Source: an uncultured bacterium (lineage in GTDB: Bacteria > UBP4 > UBA4092). Taken from it: 64,000 nt of DNA. This document shows positions 56,548 through 64,000 of the stretch, piece by piece. Under the pieces are notes generated by a model. That model worked only from the letters and a program-made list of their open reading frames with translations. It did no database searches and was not told where the DNA came from. The stretch is from positions 62,001 through 126,000 of the forward strand of contig CAZXWN010000002.1 of assembly GCA_964644695.1 (NCBI GenBank), read 5' to 3'. The stretch's first letter is position 1, and each line of letters starts with the position of its first letter. Both the position numbers and the translations under genes were made by a program.

Positions 56548-56585
56548 CATCCCAGAGTATGTGTGGTCACTCTGGGATGTTTTTT
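56548..56585 (+). terminator. Intrinsic terminator
   Basis: CATCCCAGAGT...ACTCTGGGATG followed by a T tract. Confidence 0.8.
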
Positions 56586-56661
56586 ATTTAGGTAAATACT
56601 CGCGACTGGAAATTAAGAGATTCTTATCATTATTTCTTCTGAATTTTGTTTATGGACTAAA

Positions 56662-56706
56662 CGAATTATTCACGGAGCAACTCGGACCAGGTCCGTGGAT
56701 GGTTCG
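56662..56706. repeat. 45-bp near-palindromic intergenic element, copy 5
   Basis: CGAATTATTCACGGA-GCAACTCGGACCAGG-TCCGTGGATGGTTCG. Confidence 0.88.
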
Positions 56707-56720
56707 TGTATAAATTTTTA

Positions 56721-56749
56721 TTGACTATGAGTATTTATTTCATTAATAT
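56721..56749 (+). promoter_or_regulatory. Putative sigma70-type promoter for 56796..57386
   Basis: TTGACT-17 nt-TAATAT. Confidence 0.55.
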
Positions 56750-56795
56750 AAGCCAAGAATTAAAATAACAAAATTTCAAAAGCGAGGGTAAAAGA

Positions 56796-57386
56796 ATGGC
56801 AAAGCGCGTCTATTTGTATTTCCTGTGTTCTGTTTTGTTTGTGTCAATCCTGAGTGTTGGATTTGCTCAGAAGTCGAAAGATGAAGGGGTTGTTACGGAT
56901 AAGAAAGTCAAAGAGGAAAAGCCTTTCCATGAACAAAAGGGTCCCGAAGATAAGCCCTTCTTGAAAGAAGATCGAAAAGGTGAGAAAGATAGATATCAGA
57001 TAGTCTCCAACCTTATTGTTAGAAGTGGCAGCAGGAACACCGTTGTTGCTAATGATATGGGTCAAAATGACAGGTTAATTTTGTCCAGTATTAAGGTGAT
57101 GCCTCTTTTGAAGAATAAACGGGATTTTAAGAATAAAGACAAATATCAGATTGAAACTAAATGGAAACTTGTAAATAAGAGAACCGGTGATACTAAGCAA
57201 ATGCCGGTGATTATTGCCTTGGAAGGTGAGAAGGCGGAAGTTTCGTCCGACTCTAATCACGAACGTTTTACTTTGGAAGTCAAGGCAGATGTATTAAAAC
57301 AGAATAAAGACAATCGAAATATCCCTGTCCGGCTGCATGTGAAGGCGGAACGAGATTTGAAGCTGGAGCCTTTTAAAAAGAAATAA
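56796..57386 (+). CDS. Secreted Lys-rich hypothetical protein
   Basis: GAGGG RBS, signal peptide ending GFA-Q, followed by a terminator. Confidence 0.8.
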   Translation: MAKRVYLYFLCSVLFVSILSVGFAQKSKDEGVVTDKKVKEEKPFHEQKGPEDKPFLKEDRKGEKDRYQIVSNLIVRSGSRNTVVANDMGQNDRLILSSIKVMPLLKNKRDFKNKDKYQIETKWKLVNKRTGDTKQMPVIIALEGEKAEVSSDSNHERFTLEVKADVLKQNKDNRNIPVRLHVKAERDLKLEPFKKK

Positions 57387-57394
57387 ACTATATG

Positions 57395-57441
57395 AAAACA
57401 AAAAACCTGTCGGATAGTTTGTCCGACAGGTTTTTTGTTTT
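57395..57441. terminator. Bidirectional intrinsic terminator
   Basis: AAAACAAAAAACCTGTCGGA-TAGTTTG-TCCGACAGGTTTTTTGTTTT. Confidence 0.9.
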
Positions 57442-57449
57442 GTTGTTAA

Positions 57450-57950
57450 TCAGGGTTTAGGTACTGTTTCCGGGACCTTTTTATCCATGCCTTTAATTGT
57501 GTAAGGTAATCTTTTTCCGTTGCCTGAAAGGTCAATTTCCTCCAGTTGGTAATAATACTGGATAAATTTAAAAACTCCTTCATCAACAAATCGGTATTCG
57601 TGGGGATCACTGGTGGTTCCATGCCCAGGGACCGGGGATGGAGTTATCTTCGTCCAAGGACCTGTTGGAGATGTACTGCGGTATAAGTCAAAACCGTAGT
57701 TGTCCTGTTCAGACTCAGTCTTCCATTTTAATGTGATTTTCCCTGGAAGGGTCGTATCTCCAGCGAATATCGCAATATTTGTTGTCTCCTGTGATAACGG
57801 CGGTGTACCAGATTTCTCAGGGGTTACCGTCTGCGTCGGTAACGGTTTATTAATCAAAGGTTCTTTTGTCTGAGTTGTTTTACATCCTGTTGTAAAAAAC
57901 AAACTACTCATTATTACCAGGATAGCCAGACTACGGATAATAGGTTTCAT
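57450..57950 (-). CDS. Lipoprotein with Fn3-like beta-sandwich domain
   Basis: Lipobox-like FTTGC; LKWKTESEQDNYGFDLYRS...Y.FVD...YYYQLEEID..G. Confidence 0.8.
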   Translation of the reverse strand: MKPIIRSLAILVIMSSLFFTTGCKTTQTKEPLINKPLPTQTVTPEKSGTPPLSQETTNIAIFAGDTTLPGKITLKWKTESEQDNYGFDLYRSTSPTGPWTKITPSPVPGHGTTSDPHEYRFVDEGVFKFIQYYYQLEEIDLSGNGKRLPYTIKGMDKKVPETVPKP

Positions 57951-57967
57951 TTAAGTCCCTGTATTTG

Positions 57968-58366
57968 TTATTTTTTCTGCATAGGGCAGGATTTGCTTTT
58001 AACTGCTTTTTTCTTTGCAGTCATTTTACAGGGTTTATCAGAATTACTGCAACACGATTTTTTCTCACAATTTTCTTTTTTGATACAAGTGTTGCATTTT
58101 TCACAACCACTACCTTTGACGCACTTGCCATCTTTGCTACATTTTGCTGCATCGGGGCATTTGCATTTTTCTTTACAACCGTCCATTTTAGGGCAAGTCG
58201 CACTGGTATCCACAGCTTTTGTGTCAGGTGCAACCATTTTGCAGACACCACCTTCACAATTCACATTGGAAGGTTTTTCTGTCACGCCTTTATCTGCTGC
58301 AATCGAAAAACTCACTGTCAGGCAAAGAACCAATGCCCACATTAAACTTTGAAACGATAGTTTCAC
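57968..58366 (-). CDS. Secreted Cys/Lys-rich small protein
   Basis: AGGAGG RBS, GTG start, signal peptide; 16 Cys in the predicted mature region. Confidence 0.8.
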   Translation of the reverse strand: MKLSFQSLMWALVLCLTVSFSIAADKGVTEKPSNVNCEGGVCKMVAPDTKAVDTSATCPKMDGCKEKCKCPDAAKCSKDGKCVKGSGCEKCNTCIKKENCEKKSCCSNSDKPCKMTAKKKAVKSKSCPMQKK

Positions 58367-58542
58367 TATTTACACCTCCTTTGTGGTGATTACTTAGTTC
58401 CTAATCTACACTAAATTAGTCAAAAATAAAACTATCGTATCATTAAGTTAACCATTATAACTATCCATGCTCCTGGTTTGGATATAACATGAGTTAAAAT
58501 GGCACATTAAGTATTGTTGAGAAGAACTTGGAGGAATTATTA

Positions 58543-59388
58543 GTGAAAACAGTTTTAGGGATGTTAAGTCTTATTTTGTCAGGGGTTATGCTGGTGGGTT
58601 GTTGCTGTTTACCTCTCCCATATGTTGACACACAGGGTTCCTCGGTTGAAGAACCTATCCATGTGGCCGTTTATTCTGATCAGGGAACCATGAAGCGTTG
58701 TGTCGATCAGAGTGTGAAAGCTATCAACGACACTCCAGGGATGGATGTTCGAAAAATTAGTTCCAGTGACATTCAAAAAGGGGATTTGAAATACTATGAT
58801 GTTCTGTTGTTGCCGGGAGGAAGTGCCAATGATGAAGGTAAATCCCTGGGACCCAAAGGCAGGGCAGCTGTTACACAATTTGTGAAAAATGGAAAAGGTA
58901 TCATTGGTACCTGTGCCGGGGCCTACTTACTGTCTAAGGGATGGAATGAAACGACCCGTGATATTGAACTGGTCAATGCGGAAGTAAATGATTTGGACCA
59001 TTGGGCGAGAGGTGTCCAAACTGTTGAATGTCAGGTCAATAACTCACTTCAAAGTAAATCGGGTACAACCTTTAAAATCTATTTTGAAAATGGGCCTCCT
59101 TTAATTCCTGCCAACGATCCCAAGATGCCTAAATATGTATCGTTAGCAACTTATATCACTGATTTACATGCAAAAGAGGCCCCAGCAGGTAAAATGGGTG
59201 GAGCTGATGCCATTGTCGCTGCCCGGTTTGGTAAAGGTAATGTCCTGTTGTTTTCTCCGCATCCCGAACTGACTCCAGGTTTGGAACCTCTTTTGATAAA
59301 TGGAATACGATGGGCTTCCAAGCCGGCATCAAAGACAGGACCTATCCATTGGGAAACAGTTTTTGGTCCTTACATTCAATTGAATTAA
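58543..59388 (+). CDS. BPL-N / class I glutamine amidotransferase-like lipoprotein
   Basis: LVGC lipobox; LLPGG, GTCAGAY and FSPHPE; GTG start after GGAGG. Confidence 0.82.
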   Translation: MKTVLGMLSLILSGVMLVGCCCLPLPYVDTQGSSVEEPIHVAVYSDQGTMKRCVDQSVKAINDTPGMDVRKISSSDIQKGDLKYYDVLLLPGGSANDEGKSLGPKGRAAVTQFVKNGKGIIGTCAGAYLLSKGWNETTRDIELVNAEVNDLDHWARGVQTVECQVNNSLQSKSGTTFKIYFENGPPLIPANDPKMPKYVSLATYITDLHAKEAPAGKMGGADAIVAARFGKGNVLLFSPHPELTPGLEPLLINGIRWASKPASKTGPIHWETVFGPYIQLN

Positions 59389-59492
59389 TAGCGTCTTGAT
59401 TTGCTTAAAGCCGATAATTTGGCTAAAATTTATAATTGTCTTCAGATATTCTAATATGTACGAAACAAATCTATAAAGGAGCAATACCTATC

Positions 59493-60443
59493 ATGATTGT
59501 TACGACTAAAGATTTATTCAAACATGCCTATGGCAAGTATGCTCTCGGTGCTTATAACATCAATAACGCCGAGCAGACCATGGGTCTTTTCCAGGGAAAT
59601 ATGGATTCCAAGGCTCCATTTATTATCCAAATTTCCAGTGGTGCCCGTAAATATACCAACAAGCTGATGCTTGAAGGTATGATTCGTGCCGCCGATCAGA
59701 TTTTCCCGGATGCTGTTTTTGCGGTGCATCTTGATCATGGTGATGAACAGACCTGCTACGATTGTATCAATTCAGGTTTCTATTCCTCTGTCATGATTGA
59801 TGCCTCTCATGAACCTTTTGAAGAAAACATTGCCATCACCAAACGCGTTGTTGATGCAGCCCATGCCAAAGGCATTTCCGTTGAAGCCGAATTGGGTAAA
59901 CTGGGTGGCGTTGAAGAACATGTTAAAGTTGATGAAGCTGATGCTAAACTGACAAATCCAAAAGAAGCTGTTGAATTCATCGAACGCACTGGCTGCGATT
60001 CTCTGGCCTGTGCAATCGGTACCAGCCACGGTGCTTTCAAATTTGCCGGTTCCCAGGGTCTCCACTTTGAAGTTGTTGAAGCCATTCAGAAACTTTGCCC
60101 CGGCTTCCCACTCGTTCTTCATGGTTCCTCCTCCGTCCCACAGGATGAAGTTGAACGTATTAATGCCGCTGGTGGTGCTCTCAAAGGTGCTAAAGGCGTC
60201 GATCCCAAACAGTATTTCCCGGCTGCCCTTAAAGGCGTGACCAAAATCAATATCGATACCGATGGTCGTTTGGTCTGGACCCGTGTTCACCGTGAATTCT
60301 TCCGCGATCAACCCGATAAGTTTGATTTCCGTCCTGTCGGTAAAATCTTCATGGCAGAATATGCCAAGTTCATCGCCAGCCGTAATGAACTTCTCGGTTC
60401 CGCCGGTCAACTCGACAGCGTTCGCGAATTCCTCACCAAATAA
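59493..60443 (+). CDS. fba: Fructose-1,6-bisphosphate aldolase, class II
   Basis: GAYNINN, HLDHG, SVMIDAS, EAELG, IGTSHGA, VLHGSS and KINIDTD; AAAGGAG RBS before ATG 59493. Confidence 0.96.
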   Translation: MIVTTKDLFKHAYGKYALGAYNINNAEQTMGLFQGNMDSKAPFIIQISSGARKYTNKLMLEGMIRAADQIFPDAVFAVHLDHGDEQTCYDCINSGFYSSVMIDASHEPFEENIAITKRVVDAAHAKGISVEAELGKLGGVEEHVKVDEADAKLTNPKEAVEFIERTGCDSLACAIGTSHGAFKFAGSQGLHFEVVEAIQKLCPGFPLVLHGSSSVPQDEVERINAAGGALKGAKGVDPKQYFPAALKGVTKINIDTDGRLVWTRVHREFFRDQPDKFDFRPVGKIFMAEYAKFIASRNELLGSAGQLDSVREFLTK

Positions 60444-60464
60444 TTACTTACTGATTCGCAAAAT

Positions 60465-60502
60465 AAAAAAGCCTGCCCTGAATCAGGGCAGGCTTTCTTT
60501 TT
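60465..60502. terminator. Bidirectional intrinsic terminator between fba and uvrA
   Basis: AAAAAAGCCTGCCCTG-AAT-CAGGGCAGGCTTTCTTTT. Confidence 0.88.
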
Positions 60503-60514
60503 GACAAGATTTTA

Positions 60515-63367
60515 TTATTCTATGGATAAAACCTTTTTCAAGAAATGACCCGTATATGAATGCTTGTTTTGGGCAACCTTTTCGGGTGTGCCCTCGGCGA
60601 CGATGGTTCCACCTTCATCTCCACCTTCAGGTCCCATATCAATGATATAATCTGCCGTTTTGATGACATCCAGATTATGTTCAATTACTAATACTGTATT
60701 CCCTGAATCAACAAGGCGATTTAATACTTCTAAGAGCCGCTTTACATCATCAAAGTGTAATCCAGTGGTAGGTTCATCCAGCAGATATAAAGTGCGACCG
60801 GTCGAACGACGGGATAACTCTGTGGCAAGTTTTACCCTCTGTGCTTCCCCTCCAGAGAGTGTCGTGGCACTTTGTCCCAGCTCAATATAACCTAACCCCA
60901 CATCTACCAGAGTATCCATATAACGTTTAATTGTCGGAATGTTTTGGAAGAAGTCTTGAGCCTCTTCGACAGTCATCCGTAATACTTCATAAATGCTCTT
61001 GCCTTTATATTTGATTTCAAGTGTTTCTTTATTGAACCGTTGACCCTTACAGACCTCACAATTAACATAAACATCTGGAAGGAAGTGCATTTCTATTTTG
61101 ATGGTTCCATCTCCCTGACAATTCTCACAACGTCCACCTTTCACGTTAAAGGAGAACCTGCCAGGTTTATATCCGCGGGCTCTGGCTTCTGGAACCGAAG
61201 TAAATAGATCTCGAATATCAGTAAATACACCCGTATAGGTAGCTGGATTTGAACGAGGTGTCCGTCCGATGGGTTCCTGGCTGATATCGATTACTTTATC
61301 GATATGTTCCAGTCCAAGGATTTTATCGTGATGCCCGGCTTGTGCCCTTGCATTGTAGAAATATTTGGATAACTGCTTAAATAATATCTCATTAATGAGG
61401 GTTGATTTCCCCGATCCAGAAACACCGGTGATGGCAACGAATTTACCCAGTGGGATTTTTGCCGTTACATTTTTCAGGTTGTTTTCTCTGGCGCCGATAA
61501 TCTCCAGGAACTTACGATTTCCAGTTCGCCGTTTCTCAGGAACATCAATCTTTAATTTACCAGAGAGGTACTTCCCTGTAATGGAATTTGGATCTGCCAT
61601 AACTGCTGATGGAGTGCCTTGTGAAACCAGGTATCCGCCATGCTTACCTGCTCCCGGTCCCATATCTATCAACCAATCAGCTTCTCGCATAGTATCTTCA
61701 TCATGTTCAACAACTAAAACCGAATTTCCAATATCTCTTAAAGTGCAAAGAGTATCTAATAATCGATGGTTATCCCTCTGATGTAATCCAATACTGGGTT
61801 CATCCAGGATGTAGAGTACACCTACTAGTTGAGACCCAATCTGAGTTGCTAAACGAATTCTCTGGCTTTCACCTCCAGAGAGTGTGGCAGCAGCTCGATT
61901 CACTGATAAATACTCTAATCCTACATTGACTAGAAATCCCAAGCGGTTTCGAATTTCTTTTAATATCCGTTGGGCTATGATTTCTTCTTTTTTTGACAGT
62001 TCAAGGCTATTAAAGAAATGGAAGGCCTGTTTTACACTCATTTCTGTAACTTGATGGATATTTTTCCCACTAACAGTTACAGCCAATGTCTCCGGTTTTA
62101 ATCGGCTGCCCTTACATTCTGGGCAGGGTAATTCTCGCATATAGGAATATATTTCATTGCGGACATAATCAGCATTGGTTTCCGCAAAGCGGCGTTGTAG
62201 ATGGGGAATGACACCTTCAAAGTTATCTTTCCAGTATTGTTTACCACGAACGGCTATATCTTTCTCATCCTCTTTGCCATAGAGGATTATTTGATGTTGT
62301 TTAGGAGTGAGAAGTCTCCAAGGTCTATTCATGTCAATATCAAACTGGGTGCATATCTGTTCCAGAATCCGGTAGTAATATCCACCCAATCCCGTAGCTC
62401 CAGAAGAATAATAACCGGCAATGCGATACCATGGGACAATAGCACCTTCACTAATGGATTTGTCTTGGTCAGGTACTATCAAATCAGGGTCAAGCTTAGT
62501 ACTGGTGCCTAATCCATGACAGGCAGGACAGGCGCCATGGGGACTGTTGAATGAAAAATTCCTTGGAGCCATTTCTTCAAAGGAAATCCCACAATCCGGG
62601 CACGCAAAGTTTTCTGAATAGACAATCTCTTTCTTTTCGTCGGGGAAATTAATATAAACTAAGCCTTGTCCAAGTTTTAATGCTGTCTCAATTGAATCGG
62701 CCAGTCTCTGACGGATGTCTTCACGTGCGACCAACCGGTCCACCACTACATCAATATTATGTTTCTTGTATTTTTCAAGTTTTACGGAATTTAGAGATTC
62801 ATTGATATCGACAATAACGCCATTGATGCGGGCGCGGACAAATCCTTGTTGCTGAATATTTTCCAGTAATTTCTTGTATTCACCCTTTCGGCTCCGAATT
62901 AGAGGGGATATAACGATGAATTTTGTATTTTCTTTCAGCATCATCAGCTGGTCGATTATTTGTGATGCTGATTGGTGTTGGATTTCATTGCCGCAGGAAG
63001 GGCAGTGAGGATGGCCTATTCGGGCAAATAGTAGACGCAGATAATCATATATCTCAGTAACGGTTCCCACGGTAGATCGTGGGTTTTTACTGACTGATTT
63101 TTGCTCAATAGAGATGGCTGGTGATAATCCCTCGATAAATTCCACATCGGGTTTATCCATTTGCTCCAGGAATTGTCGTGCATAAGCGGATAAAGACTCG
63201 ACATATCGTCTTTGTCCCTCAGCGTATATGGTGTCAAAAGCCAATGAGGATTTGCCTGAGCCTGATAGACCCGTAATGACTACCAGTTTATCTCTCGGAA
63301 TACTTATATCAATATTCTTTAAATTGTGCTCTTTGGCACCTTTTATGACTATTTCATTTATTGGCAT
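60515..63367 (-). CDS. uvrA: Excinuclease ABC subunit A
   Basis: Two ABC ATPase domains ([21 protein letters not shown]), zinc fingers, and [12 protein letters not shown]. Confidence 0.98.
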   Translation of the reverse strand: MPINEIVIKGAKEHNLKNIDISIPRDKLVVITGLSGSGKSSLAFDTIYAEGQRRYVESLSAYARQFLEQMDKPDVEFIEGLSPAISIEQKSVSKNPRSTVGTVTEIYDYLRLLFARIGHPHCPSCGNEIQHQSASQIIDQLMMLKENTKFIVISPLIRSRKGEYKKLLENIQQQGFVRARINGVIVDINESLNSVKLEKYKKHNIDVVVDRLVAREDIRQRLADSIETALKLGQGLVYINFPDEKKEIVYSENFACPDCGISFEEMAPRNFSFNSPHGACPACHGLGTSTKLDPDLIVPDQDKSISEGAIVPWYRIAGYYSSGATGLGGYYYRILEQICTQFDIDMNRPWRLLTPKQHQIILYGKEDEKDIAVRGKQYWKDNFEGVIPHLQRRFAETNADYVRNEIYSYMRELPCPECKGSRLKPETLAVTVSGKNIHQVTEMSVKQAFHFFNSLELSKKEEIIAQRILKEIRNRLGFLVNVGLEYLSVNRAAATLSGGESQRIRLATQIGSQLVGVLYILDEPSIGLHQRDNHRLLDTLCTLRDIGNSVLVVEHDEDTMREADWLIDMGPGAGKHGGYLVSQGTPSAVMADPNSITGKYLSGKLKIDVPEKRRTGNRKFLEIIGARENNLKNVTAKIPLGKFVAITGVSGSGKSTLINEILFKQLSKYFYNARAQAGHHDKILGLEHIDKVIDISQEPIGRTPRSNPATYTGVFTDIRDLFTSVPEARARGYKPGRFSFNVKGGRCENCQGDGTIKIEMHFLPDVYVNCEVCKGQRFNKETLEIKYKGKSIYEVLRMTVEEAQDFFQNIPTIKRYMDTLVDVGLGYIELGQSATTLSGGEAQRVKLATELSRRSTGRTLYLLDEPTTGLHFDDVKRLLEVLNRLVDSGNTVLVIEHNLDVIKTADYIIDMGPEGGDEGGTIVAEGTPEKVAQNKHSYTGHFLKKVLSIE

Positions 63368-63453
63368 AATAGATTTCTTTTTATGAGAATTTCAGGAGAA
63401 GTATAGTTATCTGAAAAAAGGTAATCTTCTATTATACCCCACTTAAATGGCCT

Positions 63454-63490
63454 AATAAAGAACCGCAGGCCATCTAGAGATGACCTGCGG
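63454..63490 (-). terminator. Probable intrinsic terminator of the 63515..63883 gene
   Basis: Minus strand CCGCAGGTCATCT-CT-AGATGGCCTGCGG followed by TTCTTTATT. Confidence 0.65.
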
Positions 63491-63514
63491 AGAAGTCTTT
63501 CTATTAAAGTATGT

Positions 63515-63883
63515 TTATATGTTTCTTACGGTTGGATGATCTTCGTATTTGTGTATTTTCTTCAACAGCTCATCTCTGTGCTCATATTCCATGACCCGTT
63601 GATGAGCATTATACTCACCAACACATTTTGCGGCACCTAAAGCACAGCCATATATGTACAACAGATATGCGGCGCTAAACGCCCAGAATGCTAACTGGTA
63701 AGATTCATATCGATCCAGGATAAAAGAGAAAAACGTAGTCCACCAAATAAAGGATATACACATTATAACCACTCCTTTAATGGTTTCTCCCGCGTAAATA
63801 TGACCAGAGCCGGGTAATACACAACTGAGTATTCTTGCTAAAAGAAAGGACTTGCGTGGTAAACGAATATTAGTATTTTCCAT
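63515..63883 (-). CDS. Small membrane protein (TM2/DUF5683-like PG.GH.Y.G motif)
   Basis: LS.VLPGSGHIYAGE..KG plus two TM helices; GAGGGAG RBS before ATG 63883. Confidence 0.75.
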   Translation of the reverse strand: MENTNIRLPRKSFLLARILSCVLPGSGHIYAGETIKGVVIMCISFIWWTTFFSFILDRYESYQLAFWAFSAAYLLYIYGCALGAAKCVGEYNAHQRVMEYEHRDELLKKIHKYEDHPTVRNI

Positions 63884-64000
63884 AGTATTCTCCCTCAATC
63901 TAGTTTATTGGTATTTGATAGTAAACAATTAAGTCATAACAATTCCTTTTCTTCTTGACGATTTGTCTCACTCTAATTGTATTATATGTGAAATTATCTC

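Noticed and set aside
2401-56706. CRISPR repeats, integron attC sites or ordinary terminators as the identity of the 45-bp element
   Set aside because: Copies are 11-17 kb apart with no spacers or cas genes, lack the RYYYAAC/GTTRRRY boxes, have no U tract, and two lie downstream of separate terminators.
57965-58352. Two plus-strand ORFs overlapping the Cys-rich gene
   Set aside because: Antisense shadows of a low-complexity gene; only the minus-strand frame has an AGGAGG RBS and a signal peptide.
59772-60410. 212-aa antisense ORF within fba
   Set aside because: Shadow ORF expected from the strong codon bias of a highly expressed gene; no recognisable motifs.

Overview
A 64 kb bacterial chromosomal segment (standard genetic code, one 100-N scaffold gap at 37534-37633), with no rRNA, tRNA, CRISPR array or transposase that I could see. 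From left to right it holds: the tail of a plus-strand glycosylation operon (GT4, GT2, WecA/TagO-like); tsaD; a 13 kb minus-strand glycan-biosynthesis operon (GT2, TPR/Zn-ribbon methyltransferase, radical SAM/SPASM, six GT4, B12-radical SAM); an AT-rich array of three paralogous secreted proteins built from one shuffled unit; then mostly core or envelope genes (acyl-CoA ligase, murJ, pcm, addAB, GHL10 hydrolase, wecB, phosphoesterase-PQQ, thiL, CPA2 antiporter, SGNH hydrolase, AI-2E, MarR plus IscS-like, GT-C, TPR protein, tandem thyX, DinB, multi-GAF HD-GYP, several secreted unknowns, fba, uvrA). The most striking unexplained signal is a 45-bp near-palindromic element present five times, always intergenic (2401, 16858, 34192, 45953, 56662). 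Three copies are followed by TATTGA after exactly 12 nt, and in two of these it is the -35 box of a well-formed sigma70-type promoter. The other two copies share a 24-nt tail and bracket tsaD plus the glycan operon. Also notable are an IscS-like protein lacking the PLP lysine and paired with a Cys-tailed MarR, and a 412-bp perfectly identical block inside otherwise diverged paralogs. All product calls come from motif recognition by eye, not database searches.
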